A DNA stretch of 64,000 bases from Octopus sinensis. Lineage: Eukaryota. Below the pieces are notes generated by a model that worked only from the letters and a program-made list of their open reading frames with translations, ran no database searches and had not been told where the DNA came from. A program made the translations under genes and the position numbers. The stretch lies in assembly GCF_006345805.1 (NCBI RefSeq), contig NC_043011.1, positions 42,792,464-42,856,463 of the forward strand, written 5' to 3'. This document shows positions 1-13,069 of this stretch, piece by piece; position 1 is the first letter of the stretch, and each line of letters opens with the position of its first letter.

Positions 1-357
1 AAACCAAAAAAAAAAAAAAAAAAAAAATTGCGATAATAATAATGGAACTAAAACGCAGGGTGTATAATTATATAAAAATGAATCAAGTAGGGCTAAAATA
101 ATTGAGATTTAACAGATAAAGTAGTGAAAAGTATATATATTAATCTAGGGGGAATAATTCTAAATTTAAGAAATTATAATGTAGTTAAGTAATGAGTAAT
201 GTTTAAAGTAATAAGTATTCTTCTTCTGCTTATTAAGTCTATATTAGGGATATTCGCATAATCAGTATATTCACTTCTAGTTAATGCTCTGTTGTAATAT
301 TCATTATATGATAGGTAGATAGCCCCGAGTAAATGTTTCTAACTATATTATTTTCTT

Positions 358-540
358 TCTATTATAAGCACAACGCTTGAAAATTGGTGTGAGGGAGCTA
401 GTCGATTATATTATCTTAGTGCTCATGTGGTACTTATTTTATAGACCTCATAAGGATGAAATGTATAGTAGACCTCGGTAGAATTTGAACTCAAAACTAA
501 AAGCCATATGAAGCATTTTATCCGGCATGCCAATAGTTTT
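358..540 (-). mobile_element. SINE family D (D2 tail), diverged
   Basis: Matches the window's D copies: gtcgattat...tggtacttattttatagacctcataaggatgaa...gacctcggtagaatttgaactc (reverse-strand B box gagttcaaattc). Confidence 0.6.
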
Positions 541-656
541 AGAATGGTTACTAGTTTTAGAATAGTAACGACACAGCGCTTCATCAAGATCTTTGTATAT
601 TCCGCATACCGATGTCATGGGAGCTAACTCTTTGTGTCAGTATCGACAATTATCAA

Positions 657-687
<31 letters not shown>

Positions 688-1544
688 ATGAAGCTACGTA
701 GGTCCTTTTTGAATCCACATGGGCTGCGTGACTTCATGATAACAAACTCTATACAATTTACCGGAAACAGAGAGAATGTTTAGAAGTATATAGTATTTTA
801 AATATGAAATCCAGCAAAGTTACAAACTTCAGCAGAAGCTTTCGCTCCCATGCTCACATCGAAAGGACACTGAATTTTACTTTTTGAAACATATGGAATT
901 ACCATAGAAAGTACATGGTTTTTCATTCGTATAATATACTAATGTCACTATTTTCGATTGAAGTAACGATCTTTGCAAAGTTGAGGAAAGAGCTGCTCTG
1001 AGAATCAGCTTCATTATCGTACAATAACATTCCTTAGTATCAAACTGCGAACAAGTGGAAACCATTTTCATCTTGGACACAGTTGAATCGTTGGATATCT
1101 GAACTAGTTTTATTTCAAAGAGTTAACAGTTATTGGTGCTTAATTTTAGGAGTAACAGAATGTAATAAGTCTTTGCTAATTGTGTCTTTTCGTATATTTT
1201 CCTAACGTCAAAATAATTCATCAGGCCTATACTAGGTATCTACGTAGATTTGCACATTTATACATCTACACACGACATTATAGATATATTGGTAACTCTA
1301 TATTTAGATTCTCTACATTTTTTTTCTTCCCGGATGTCAGATATTGATTTCAGCCACCTCTTGGCTATTTCTATTTTACTATTTTTGTCTTTAGTGGAAT
1401 ACTCTACACCGCTTGTTACTCATAATTCACTTCTCACATTGTTCCACATCTATTTATAAGACGAAATTTTAGCTTTTTTTTTCAATTACAGTTTGAGAAA
1501 TCAGCATTGGCGAAACTTCGAGGCTACTCATATACATACATACA

Positions 1545-1576
<32 letters not shown>

Positions 1577-1607
1577 CACACACACACACACGCACATACG
1601 TAGATAT

Positions 1608-1647
<40 letters not shown>

Positions 1648-1949
1648 TCACATATATGCACACACACACATATATATATATATATAGATGTGTGTGTGTG
1701 TGTGTAAATGAATTAAGAGAAATAACTCAGAAATGCCGGTGGCATGTATTTGAACAACATAGACAAGTAATGTCATATCAAATCAGATACGAGATAAATT
1801 CTTGATTTATTATTTTATTGAAATTATCTTCACTTCTTGATAGTGTGGATTATTGGCAATTAGGACCGACTCCAAATGAGAAAAGGAAATAATCTCAAGA
1901 ACCAAGAATTTTCCAATACTAAAATGACATTAAGGGAAAAAACACAATT

Positions 1950-2330
1950 TGATTGTCTGAATGGAAGAGGACAGCTGTTATGCGCATTTCTGCCTCAACA
2001 GCCGTCATCAACACAACTATCCGTTTACCTTATCTTCAGCAGATAAAACATATACATATGTCTTTAGCTGATTCTGAGTCAGAAGAAGAAACACAGCATC
2101 TTTGGTTCTCTTCAGTGTTCCTGAAACGAGTATGCGGTAGGAGTTGTGTGAATCCAAACGGGTGATTCGGTCCAAATGCTTAAGACAGAGAATAGTCTTC
2201 TAATGTCACATCAGAGCCAGGTATGTGGTGATGTTTAACTGAGTGGTAGATTTCGTCTACTACCGAAGAATTAGAACTGTCTGCTTTGGCAGCCTTCAAC
2301 GCTATTTCTCTCCACTAAATATCATTCACA
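1950..2330 (-). pseudogene. possible RTE-clade LINE 3' relic
   Basis: Minus frame CLKHLDRITRLDSHNSYRILVSGTLKRTK loosely resembles the RTE C-terminal GHV.R...ILQGT..G.R motif; stop-bounded. Confidence 0.3.
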
Positions 2331-2412
2331 AATCGAAATTGTTGTAGAAGAAATCTGTCCAAGATACGGCATAGTGGGGCTGGCTGCAATGCCTTGAGTA
2401 GATAAAATAATA

Positions 2413-2741
2413 AACGGTACTCCGTCGGTTATGACGATGAGTGAAGAAGTTGATCCGATCAACGGAACAGCCTGCCTGCGAAATTAAAGTGCAAGTTGCT
2501 GATGCCCCCAGAAACACGTGTACCCTCAATGTTGTTCTCGGTGAGATTCAGCGTGATACAGAATGTGACAAGGCTGGCTTTTGCAACACAGGTACTACTC
2601 ATTTATGCCAGCTGAGTGAACAGAAGCAATGTGAAATGAAATGTCTTGCTCAAGGACGCAACACGCCGCTGTGAATCGAACCTACGACCTAGTGGTTTAT
2701 TCGTGAGCCGAATACCCTGACTACTAAACCACGTGTCTTCG
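2413..2741 (-). mobile_element. tRNA-derived SINE, C head (CORE-like) plus tail X
   Basis: The 3' 200 bp match the tail of SINE B at 7059-7447 (actccgtcggtta.gacgatga...cagcgtga.acaga). The head carries ttgcgtccttgagcaagacattt, shared with 49570-49811. Confidence 0.75.
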
Positions 2742-4191
2742 CTGAGAGACGGTATACCCACTTATAATACACTTTTACTGTAGAAAGCAGTTTTATATTC
2801 CAATCTATCTTTTATTGAGGAATGTCGATTTTAAAACTTCTTTTTCTTTGTCAAGTTCTTTGGGGCAAAATGATTTACAGAAAATGCCAATTCTATTTGT
2901 TCTTATTTCCCTCCTTCTCGGCTTCTTCCCCCAGTTATATCAAGATTTGGAATAACGGAAGAAATCTCTAAGAGCTTGCATGAGAACGCGCGAATTAACA
3001 ACTACTCAGATTATGATCTGGCGTCACAATGTGAAATTTAATTTGAAATATGTAATATCTGAAAATGATTGTGGAAAAGTCACTGCTGGAATACTTTTGA
3101 TTATAGATATGCACAATAAACAGCAATAACTAATTTTTCAGAAGCCAGCAAAAAAGCATCTATAGGGTTGTTTGTCTTGCTAGAAATAGTAGCGTATTAA
3201 TTTTGAATATAAAGAAGAGATTCGTGAACCAACCGAGATACCCCTGCACAGTTGTTTTATCTGGTAGAAATCACAGCCAAATCTTAAATAAATAAAGAGT
3301 TATTGTAGGACGAGATCAACATGTCTGCAAAGGCAGATGATCGCAATAGAAAGATATTTGAAGATTGTTCAGTTCTGTCAGGGTTGCTTCAGGCATAAAT
3401 GACATCATAAAAGAACACATTTAATAATGTTCTAAAAATATTCCGAAAATAAAAGCAATACAAAACGGGTGGTGAACGTTGCAAAATTTTTCTTCATAGG
3501 TTTTAACAAAGATGACTTACGGCTAAACAACACCAGCAACAACAATAACAGTATCAGCTACAACAACAGCACTAAAATGATCTGTTTTGTACTTTTATCA
3601 TAATTTCTTATCATTTTTACATTTTCTATGTTATTTACAGCCCTTAACAAGTGCTGGTCTCGCCATACTCTCAGTGAATTTTGAATTTTCCAATCTTTGA
3701 CAAAGGCGATATCGTGATAATTTCTTTCCTAATGACAAACAAAAGCTTAACGAAATTATGTTTGCTCTCAAATCATCGCATTACTTCATAAGTTTTCTTT
3801 TCTAGTAAAAAGTGCTTTTATTTTGTAAATAAAGGAGTCGTTAATTATTTCAATAGCTTTTTTGTCAGTATTTGGCATTCAAGCATTTAAACATTACTTA
3901 AAATTAACAAAACTATTTTGTTACCGTAATTTGCTTAGTCGCTACTTTGTTCTAATCTGTTAGCTTAAATCATTCAAGATCTAAACATCTTTATGGCTTC
4001 TTCTCAGCAGCTTACTTTCTTTATTATCTTGGCTATTAGTAGCCGCATAGTCTTTGCATCTTATCGTTTGTTTTTTTTTGTAATTCGAATATTTAGCAAC
4101 AACGGTCGTTTTCTTATCAATACAAATAGAAAAAAATAAGGGAACTTTTATCATCAGCATTTCTTATCCCTCACTACCGTTGTTGCTGTTG

Positions 4192-4740
4192 TCTTCTTCT
4201 TCTTCTTCTTCTTCTTCTTCTTCTTCTTCTTCTTCTTCTTCTTCTTCTTCTTCTTCTTCTTCCAATCAGGACTCACGCCATTAGCCACAAAGAATAATCT
4301 CTAATTCGAGCCTACTCCAAGCTACTAAGAATGCTTGTAGCAACTTGAAGATCCACCCACCACACGCGATAGACTGGGGGTTGCACGGGCGCGAAAGCTA
4401 CGTTGTTATCCTCATTCCGTAAACGGTGGCTTTTAGCGGGTGGTGAGCTGAACCATCCTGGGGTACAGAGGATTCGCAATCTAGACTAGGATCTGACAGT
4501 TTACCACACCATAGTGGGTTGCACCATGGTTCGTCTTCTTTGAGGCAGAAGTAGGAAGAAAGAGTGAGAGGAAGTTGTGGTGAAAGAGTACAGCGGGGTT
4601 CACCACTACCCCCCGCCGGAGCATCGAGGACCTTAGGTGTTTTTGCTCAATAAACACTCACAATGCCCAGTCTGGGAATCGAAACTACGTACTTATGACC
4701 ACGAGTCCGATGTCCTAACCACTGGACCATTGCGCCTCCA
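4192..4740 (-). mobile_element. SINE B head with unique tail Z ending in (GAA)n
   Basis: 4545-4740 matches the B head (tggaggcgcaatggtccagtggttagg; B box gtttcgattcc). 4262-4545 is a different tail, followed by (TTC)n at 4192-4261. Confidence 0.75.
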
Positions 4741-4830
4741 ATGTTGCTATTGTTGTCGTTGTTTAGCACCATGCTAGCTTCGATCGAACAGACACAAGGT
4801 TAACGGCATTCCAACTACGACCACCTTGTA
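4741..4830 (-). mobile_element. old repeat family G 3' end with (CAA)n tail
   Basis: Reverse strand reads ggtggtcgtagttggaatgcc...ggtgctaaacaacgacaac. Related degenerate pieces lie near 20020-20075 and 28170-28480; ctagaaatagcagccaaat-type pieces lie near 3175, 3265, 13610, 25410-25500, 28065 and 29215. Confidence 0.45.
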
Positions 4831-5081
4831 TTACAGAATCTCCCATGTTGTCTTCTAGGAAGATAATTACTGTTGATAGTTCCAAGATCAGTACTTATTG
4901 AGCAGATTTAGAGCCAAAATCACTCCAGCCTTTGTTGATCTTTTCTTGCATTTTCAGGCTCAGTTAATCTACAACCACATAATTCATTTACTGTTTTACA
5001 AGATCTTTAAGTTGAGTGGTCTCATTAGAATTTGGCATCTATTAGTAACAGATCCAACGACCATGCATAGAATCTGTTAAT

Positions 5082-5283
5082 AGGCGCAGGAGTGGCTGTG
5101 TGGTAAGTGTAGCTTGCTTACCAACCACATGGTTCCAGGTTTAGACCCGCGGCGTGGCACCTTGGCCAAGTGTCTTCTACTATAGCCTCGGGCCGACCAA
5201 AGCCTTGTGAGTAGATTTGGTAGACGGAAACTGAAAGAAGCCCATCGTATATATGTATATATATTATATATATATATATATAT

Positions 5284-5346
<63 letters not shown>

Positions 5347-5362
5347 ATATATATATATATAT

Positions 5363-5399
<37 letters not shown>

Positions 5400-5622
5400 G
5401 TGGTGTGTGTGTGCGTGCGTGTGTGTGTTTGTGTGTCTGTGTTTGTACCCCCAACATCGCTTGACAACCATTACTGGGGTGTTTACGTCCCCGTAACTTA
5501 GCAGTTCGGCAAAAGAGGCCGATAGAATAAGTACTAGGCTTACAAAAATTAGTCCAGTGGTCGATTTGCTCGACTAAAGGCACTGCTCCAGCATGGTCAA
5601 ATGACTGAAACAACTAAAAGAG
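5082..5622 (+). mobile_element. SINE family A (tRNA head, CORE-like body, internal microsatellite)
   Basis: A box tggctgtgtgg, B box ggtttagaccc, CORE-like gcaccttggccaagtgtctt, (TA)/(TG) insert, tail tgctccagcatgg..caaatgactgaaac. Confidence 0.9.
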
Positions 5623-6399
5623 TGGTTAGTCCTATAACTTTATAAGATTAATCTTCGAAATTGCTGATCTTTACGAATTGATTCTAAAGACTTTCTTCGC
5701 GATATATTTTCTAGAAAAAATGTCGTTATGTTTCTTTTTCAGTACCTATTTTTATTAATTTCATTTGAAAATTCAATTTCAGTAATTTTGCTGTCTTTAC
5801 ATTCATAAATATCTCTGTTCCGAATTTTCCTTTCAGTCAACAGTGGGAAGTATTCCGAGGAGTTTCAATGAGTTGATAAATCTATAAAAACAAATAAGAA
5901 TATTTTTAGAAATTGATAAATTTGTTGGCTAGTAGAAAAAAAAACAAAAAGAAAAATAATTGAAAATTATTTGTGAAAATAGATAAAGTTGAAAAGCAAA
6001 CAATTTAAAATAGACTCGAAAAACAAATGAAGATATACTTTACTTTATTATTTTACGAAGGAAAGAGAAAACAGAATAATGTTTCTAGGAACAATTTTCT
6101 CTTTTCTAAAACACAGAATAACCAGTGACAAGTGAATTTCCATTTAGGCTGAATCAGAACACTTTATGTCTATGGTTTCTGACTACTTGGTAATAGTACA
6201 GCTCCTGGTATTAGTAACTGACACCCTCGAAGTGGCCTGTGTGCATCTTTGGGAAGTTCACATATAGAACATGATAAACTGCTCGTTTAGTTTTTGAAAT
6301 AGTTTCTAATCGGAGCTCATGACTTAGTTCATTCTTATTGTTCTAAAGGTTATGAGATTTATTCTGCACAAAGGGGAGAGAGGATCCTTTTCATTTGTC

Positions 6400-7020
6400 T
6401 TTCTTGTCTCAGGTCTGGGTTCCCTCTTCAGAGTCTTCTTTCTGTTTTCTCATTTACACTGTCCACGACAGTTTGATATTCTTGATATTTTTATTTACGC
6501 TGTCCACGACAGTTTGATATTCCACCCCAGTCTTATTCCACCCAGTCTCCACCTCTCCTCTGTCCTAACAAGATGACATAATTGTACTACTGTGATTGCT
6601 TCCTCTCACTTCCTGATTATCGGCTCTTGATACCAAGACTGTGTTCTGCTACTATAGTATTAGAGGCTACTGATGCTCTCGAAAGGGTGACTTCTTGGTT
6701 TCCTGTTGCTATTGTCCACTCCAATCCTTTACTTCATTTCTAGCTCCTTCTAGTTTTATACGTAGAGCAACTGAGCCTTCTGCACTGCGTTACCAGTCTC
6801 ATGGCCTTTCTTTCCGTCTTCATAACGAATCACAATTTCCAAACGGCTGTGTATCTTTCGGATTGTATAAGGACTTGTATGTCTATTGACCACATATCTG
6901 TTTTAATTACCTCGAAACTCACTCATATGCGAGGTCTGCCTCATATGCAACGACAAGACGGGAACCACTGCTGTCGCTGTCAATACCTCTGATTGTGTCC
7001 TTGTATTCCTCTAACTCATA
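6400..7020 (-). pseudogene. possible RTE-like LINE relic
   Basis: Weak minus-strand motifs AVVPVLSL and LCHLVR with many stops; contains a 22-bp local duplication ctgtccacgacagtttgatatt. Confidence 0.3.
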
Positions 7021-7058
7021 TATTGCAACACACACTTAAAAGCTGGTAGTTTTGTTGT

Positions 7059-7447
7059 GGATGGAAGCACTCCGTCGGTTACGACGATGAGGGTTCCGGT
7101 TGATCCGAATCAACGGAACAGCCTGCTCGTGAAATTAACGTGTAAGTGGCTGAGCACTCCACAGACACGTGCACCCTTAACGTAGTTCTCGGAGATATTC
7201 AGCGTGACACAGAGAGTGACAAGGCCGGCCCTTTGAAATACAGGTACAACAGAAACAGGAAGTAAGAGTGAGAGAAAGTTGTGGTGAAAGAGTACAGCAG
7301 GGATCACCACCATCCCCTGCCGGAGCCTCGTGGAGCTTTTAGGTGTTTTCGCTCAATAAACACTCACAACGCCCGGTCTGGGAATCGAAACCACGATCCT
7401 ATGACCGCGAGTCCGCTGCCCTAACCACTGGGCCATTGCGCCTCCAC
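7059..7447 (-). mobile_element. SINE B, full length, tail X
   Basis: A box tggcccagtgg, B box gtttcgattcc; 11-bp TSD agttttgttgt at 7048-7058 and 7448-7458. Confidence 0.92.
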
Positions 7448-8269
7448 AGTTTTGTTGTACACCAGCTCAGAATGTCGCCTCGAATTGCACTCGGCCTTGA
7501 AGATCAAACACGCTTCTCACATGCGTTGTTCCGACGTTGAAAATCACATCATTTCACTTATCGGTCAGGTTTTATTGCAACTATTATTTTTAGGATAATT
7601 GAAAAAAACTCTTCTTTTATCGTTCATCAAGCAGAGAAATGCAACTTCTCTTATTGGTCCCTTTTAAAATAAATACTCCTGGCTACGTTTTTATTGATAC
7701 GTATTTACTGATACAACGTACCACAACGTATATATATTTACTTCTGTCACCAAAGCAAGATCTATCAATTCTGCTTGTTTAGTAACCGCAGCTTAAATGT
7801 CGTTGTTAATAACTTTGTTTGTGTTATATAACTTAATGTGACACTGGTTGTTGTCATCTACTTAATCAAGTGTATTTTCTTATTCTTTTTTATATAAACT
7901 TTTTTCTTTTAACGCCAAAGTTAAGTTATTTATTTCATTTTTAGATGATTGCTGCTGCTTTAGAATGAGAAGTAATATTCAAAAAGAAGTGTCAACTTAC
8001 AAAAAAAAAAAAAAGTAATAATATTCCAATCGATAAAAAAAAATTGCTTCTTCTAAGGTGTTGCGACAAACATCGTTGTCCATGCTTGAAAATAGTCTAA
8101 AATAAGAAAAAAAGTTTCCACTATGTAAAGCTAGCAGAAATCAAATTCTATCGCAACATTCTGAAAAGAAGTCCTTTCAACACAAGCCAAGAACAACAAT
8201 GACGACGATGACGGCAACAGAAACACGACCAGCAATGACAACAACAACAACAACAACAACAATAATAAT

Positions 8270-8385
8270 GTTGATCCTGTCTACTACAGGCACAAGTTCA
8301 GAAATTTTGGTGGGAATGGATTAGTAGATTAGATCGACCATAGTGCTCCACTGATACTTGATTGGATCTCGGTTTTTATGAAGAA
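8270..8385 (-). mobile_element. SINE D2 3' fragment
   Basis: ggcacaagttcagaaattttgg...gattagatcgacc matches the D2 tail. Confidence 0.55.
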
Positions 8386-8387
8386 GG

Positions 8388-8408
8388 ATGATGATAATAA
8401 TAATGATG

Positions 8409-8490
<82 letters not shown>

Positions 8491-8521
8491 CGATGATGAT
8501 GATGACGATGATGATGATGAC

Positions 8522-8575
<54 letters not shown>

Positions 8576-8579
8576 AATA
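8388..8579. repeat. (AAT)n/(GAT)n microsatellite
   Basis: Direct; source of the poly-D/I/M/S ORFs. Confidence 0.97.
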
Positions 8580-9131
8580 CTCTGATGCAGTACCAAGCAG
8601 TGACTGTCATGGTTTTTGATCTTAACTGACTGGAAGTGTTATCATGTACATTGTTTTGTCTTGGTATAAAAGATGGGCTACAGCAAATATTCTGCTCAAT
8701 ACCACAGATTTGCTTGTCAGTTGATTGACCTTAACCAGTTGAGCATGTCCCTTAGTGGCTGACGATATGTGCATCTCTGACCACGAACAAAAGTAGTTGG
8801 GGAGCATCATAGTCGTGTATTGAGAAGAATTCTTTGGGGTTTGAATAATTCACCTCTGGAAACTTGGGTGTTTCGTTCAACATCCTTAAACAACCCTTAT
8901 TCATGGACCTTTTGAGCGGGATTGGTTACTCGACCAGAAGAAAATTCTAACTGGGCCCCACCTGCAAGGTCATGTGCTGTTTATCTTGATATGAGATCAC
9001 CATGTCGCGCATATATGGTTGTGATGCATGTGCCTAGTGTACCCTTATCAGTGGGTAGTCATGATGGGTATACTGGGCTTCGTATATTTTACCCCAGTGT
9101 CACTTTGATGGTATACGCTGCCCTCTCACTC
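8580..9131 (+). mobile_element. family F non-coding retroelement, longest copy, (AAT)n tail
   Basis: Four copies in the window share the right end ctctcactc-(AAT)n and differ at the left end, as expected for 5' truncation. Confidence 0.8.
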
Positions 9132-9135
9132 AATG

Positions 9136-9200
<65 letters not shown>

Positions 9201-9201
<1 letters not shown>

Positions 9202-10508
9202 TTGAAACGAAAGGATACAAATACCTTGGTATACAAGAGTTCAACGAGATAATGGAAAAGTAAATGAAAGAGCAACTGAGGATGGAGTATTTCCGAAGAC
9301 TCAGGTTGATGTTGCGCTCAAAATTGACTGGATGGAATAAAATCTAAGCAGCTAATACGTGAGCGATAGCACCACTTTGGTATGGAGCGTGAATTATAAA
9401 ATGGCAAAAAAGAGAGAAATGAAGAAAATGGATACCAAGACCAGAAAAATTTGGACTGTACACGGGGCCTTCCACTCGAAGAGGGACACCGATAGGCTGT
9501 AGAAGAAAGGGTGGGAGAGGTTTAATCAGTTGCCAGGACTGTGTCGAAGCAGAAGAAAACAGTTTAGGGTGGTATATAAAAAATGCCGTAGAGCCACTGT
9601 TGAAACACACGAAGAAGGCCGGAGTCATCAACACTGAAAATTGTGTAGTTAAAGAAAAACTTAAACAAGAAATGAGCAAAAAATAAAAAAAAGGAAAAGC
9701 ATGGAAGGAAAAGAAAATGTACTGTCAGTTTCCAAGAGATGTGAACGCCAAGACAGGTACAGAGGACCGGTGGCTATGGATGAGTACTCATATGCGCAGC
9801 TCAAGAACAAGCGTTAAGGATCAACTATATAAAGAGCAGAGTAGACAACACTACCGATAGCGACAAATGCAGAATGTGTGGTGAGAGGGTTGAGACGGTA
9901 TAGCACATCGTTAGCGAATTCCCGAAATTGGCACAACACGAATACAAAATACACCATGACAATGTGGTAACAATGGACCATTGGGGGCTGTGTGGAAACT
10001 ACGGCTTACAAAGAACAAGGATGTGGTATGTGTAGACTCCAGAAGGAGTCACTGAAAATAAGAATTACAAAACCCTGTGGGACGCAATGATCCAGTGCGA
10101 TCACCTGGCCAGACATCGGAAACAGGAATTGTTGTGGCGAATAAAAAAGAAAGGACATGTATGATAATTATGTGACAACAGAATCAATGTGAAAGAATAA
10201 GAAAAACTAAACAACTATGATGATTTGAAGTGGGAAATACAAAGGCCGTGGTCAATGAGGAGAGGAGACATAATACCAATAGTAATTGGTACACTTGGAA
10301 GTATCACCCCTCAACTAATAACGTAGCTGAAAAAGAATGGTGCAATGTGTGAAGGTAGAACACCTACAAAAATCAGCATTGCTTGGTACTGCAAGATTTC
10401 TTCGCAGGTTTCTCGAAGTATGACCAGTAAATAAGTGTCACCTTAGTCTGCTGGCTGTGGACAGCTGATACTTTCCATCATACCCAGAAAAATAAGCCGT
10501 GAGTTTTC

Positions 10509-10511
<3 letters not shown>
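9201..10511 (+). mobile_element. R4/Dong-like non-LTR retrotransposon, 5'-truncated, family 1 (RT end, CCHC finger, RLE)
   Basis: GYKYLGIQE, ICAAQEQAL, CRMCGERVET, TLWDAMIQCDH, IPIVIGTLG, LQKSALLGTARFLR; multiple stops and frameshifts; (AAT)n on both sides. Confidence 0.88.
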
Positions 10512-10540
<29 letters not shown>

Positions 10541-10543
<3 letters not shown>

Positions 10544-10921
10544 GCTTTCTAATTGATGTATCAATACCGGCAGATGACAACGTGTCTCTAAAAGAAATGG
10601 AGAAACTCTCAAAATACAAAGACCTGGAAATAGAGGTAACTAGAATGTGGAATCTGAAAACAGAAACAATTCCTATCATAGTAGGTGCATTAGGCATGAT
10701 AAAAAAATATTCAGACAAATACATAACAAAAACACCAGGACTTACAAACACATATAACATACAGAAAATTGCACTACTAGGCACTGCACACATCCTACGC
10801 AGAACACTTTCCATACAATAACCATCAGAGCATCACAACAAATCACAGCACATACCCAAGGCACACAGAGCTGCGCTCGGTAGTGAAGTGAAAGCACGCT
10901 ATAAAAATAAAAATAAAACTA

Positions 10922-10924
<3 letters not shown>
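10541..10924 (+). mobile_element. R4/Dong-like element 3' end, family 2 (RLE C-terminus)
   Basis: IDVSIPADDNVSLKEMEKLSKYKDLEIEVTRMW...IIVGALG...QKIALLGTAHILRR, open to its stop; 3' UTR ends in (AAT)n; (AAT)n also upstream. Confidence 0.9.
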
Positions 10925-10989
<65 letters not shown>

Positions 10990-11004
10990 TGATGATGATG
11001 ATAA

Positions 11005-11110
11005 TAATATATATCGATTCCAGAGTCCAACTGTTATCTTTTTATCGACCCCGAAATAATGAAAACAAAGTCGATCTCGGTGGAATTGGAAACAATATGT
11101 AAAGAGCAGT
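11005..11110 (-). mobile_element. SINE D fragment
   Basis: tttatcgaccccgaaataatgaaaacaaagtcgatctcggtggaatt. Confidence 0.6.
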
Positions 11111-11169
11111 AACTACTGTATATTATTTAGTTAGAGCTTTTCGTCCATGGTTATAAAATCTACAGGCAA

Positions 11170-11490
11170 ACTATAAAAATATCTCTTGATGACTGATGAA
11201 TATTTAGAAAGGATGAAACCTATTTAATAAACCAAATAAAACAGGTGATAAATTTAGCCAAGACATAAACATGAGTATTTGATGCAATAAATGTGCTAGA
11301 AGTACTATATTAAGAGGCAAATTAACTTTAATTGCCGACATTAAGCGAAACACAGACAGAGAAATCTGGGAATTAGAGCGGAACGAGCCAAAGAAATACT
11401 TAGGAGCTGATGCAGTTTATAAGATACAATACACAAATGAAAGTAAAAATTAAAAGAAAATACTACTGAAGCCTCAGGGTAATAATGGTT
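11170..11490 (+). pseudogene. old R4/Dong RT fragment
   Basis: FSQDINMSI*CNKCARSTILRGKL and IWELERNEPKKYLG match R4-type RT motifs (FS.DI.M.FG..KCA; YKYLG). Confidence 0.6.
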
Positions 11491-11727
11491 TCAAATTTTG
11501 GCACAAGGCCAGCAATTTCGGGGGAAGATAACAGAAACGATAGGAAAAAAGATAAAAAGTATAAATATACTAGTTATCCAATTTATGAAATAAAACTTGA
11601 ACATAATAATTGGATGAGAAATGAACAGAAGAGTTTTGAGAGAAAGAAAGAAAATTAATTAAAAGAAGGCACCTACTAACAACGTTCGGAAGTTTCCGCC
11701 TCAGGGCAAATATTCCATCTTTATCAT

Positions 11728-12152
11728 TCATTTGCTTTAGTCATTAGACTGCGGCCTTGCTGGGGCACCACCTTGAGGAATTTTGGTCGAATGAATCGAC
11801 CTCAGTACTTTTAGTTTTTAAAGCCTGATATTCATTCTATCAGTCTCTATTACCGAACCGGTAAGTTACGGTGATGGTGGTGGTGGTGGTGGTGGGGGTG
11901 TGTGTCGGGTGTCGTAAACACACCAACAACGGTTGTCAAGCGGTAGTGCGGGACAAACACAGACACAAAGACACAGTTAAATATTTATACGACAGGCTTC
12001 TTTCACTTTTCATCTACCAAATCCACTCACAAAGCTTTCGTCGGCCCGTGGCGATAATGAAAGACACTTTGCTTAAGGTGCCAAGCGGCGGGATTGAACC
12101 TGGAACCATGTGGTGGGGAAGCGAACTTCTTACCACACAGCGACTCCTAAGA
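11728..12152 (-). mobile_element. SINE A, diverged
   Basis: Head, CORE-like body and tail are all recognisable on the reverse strand. Confidence 0.85.
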
Positions 12153-13069
12153 CTATTTATACAACTAATGTTGATATAACATACCCATCCCACACACATA
12201 GAGAGTGCGGATGATAGAAAAATACATATAGAGAACTACTACAAAGTAACAGCGGTACGACTAGAAATGCTTAGTAGCAACCAAAGAAAGCGATTGTCTT
12301 AAATAAGAAAACAAGGAGAAAAATGATTAAAATGCTCTACTTATAGATAGTACTCGTAGTGTGTCATTCACAAGTTGGAGTATGGGAAGGTGGTTAGTCC
12401 GTGCCTCACCCAGGGTAGAACTTTTGTTTTCAAGGCGGTGCCCCGGTATGGCCCCACAGTCCAATGACTGAAACAAGTAAAAGAAACATATAAGAAAGAG
12501 GTTGTATACAAACTAGAAGCTAATCTAAAAGTTAACTACGCCGAAGAAGATTCAGATAAGGACAAAACTTAAGAAGAGGTGAAAGAAAACAAAAACCACG
12601 ATCAAAACAAAATTACAAGATGTAATAAAAGTGAAAAATGGCAGATAACTGCATCCTGTAGGATTTGACGAGGATAAGTCAAGGTGAAAAACCAACAACG
12701 GTACAAAAACACTGGGCAAAAAAACCGGAGTTTAACCTATCTTAACTTTACAGAACTTACGTCTAGCTACAAATTATAAATAAAACATAATAGTGACAAA
12801 GATAACACTGGTCTACAAAATAAAACTTTTAGTTTGTGGCATAAAATCTTAGAGCTGTTTTAGACTAATTTTTTAGTGTGCCGATTCCAAAACTGGCCTC
12901 AGATTTGCTCTGTTACATCACATTTCTGTAACATCTGTATGTAACTTATTTACCTGAAGCATACCAAAATTTTGTACATTTCTAGCTTTTTGTTTGTTTT
13001 TATGGATTAGTCAGAAGAAAAGGGGAAGCATCTTTGACTTATTATAAGTACTACGAGACTGAAAACCAG

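Noticed and set aside
1-357. AT-rich stretch resembling mitochondrial DNA (NUMT)
   Set aside because: No frame gave a recognisable mitochondrial protein under the invertebrate code.
2029-2120. Candidate 92-nt minus-strand exon (tttcag|...GATAAG|gtaaac)
   Set aside because: No partner exons or recognisable host protein; the frame fits an RTE relic at least as well.
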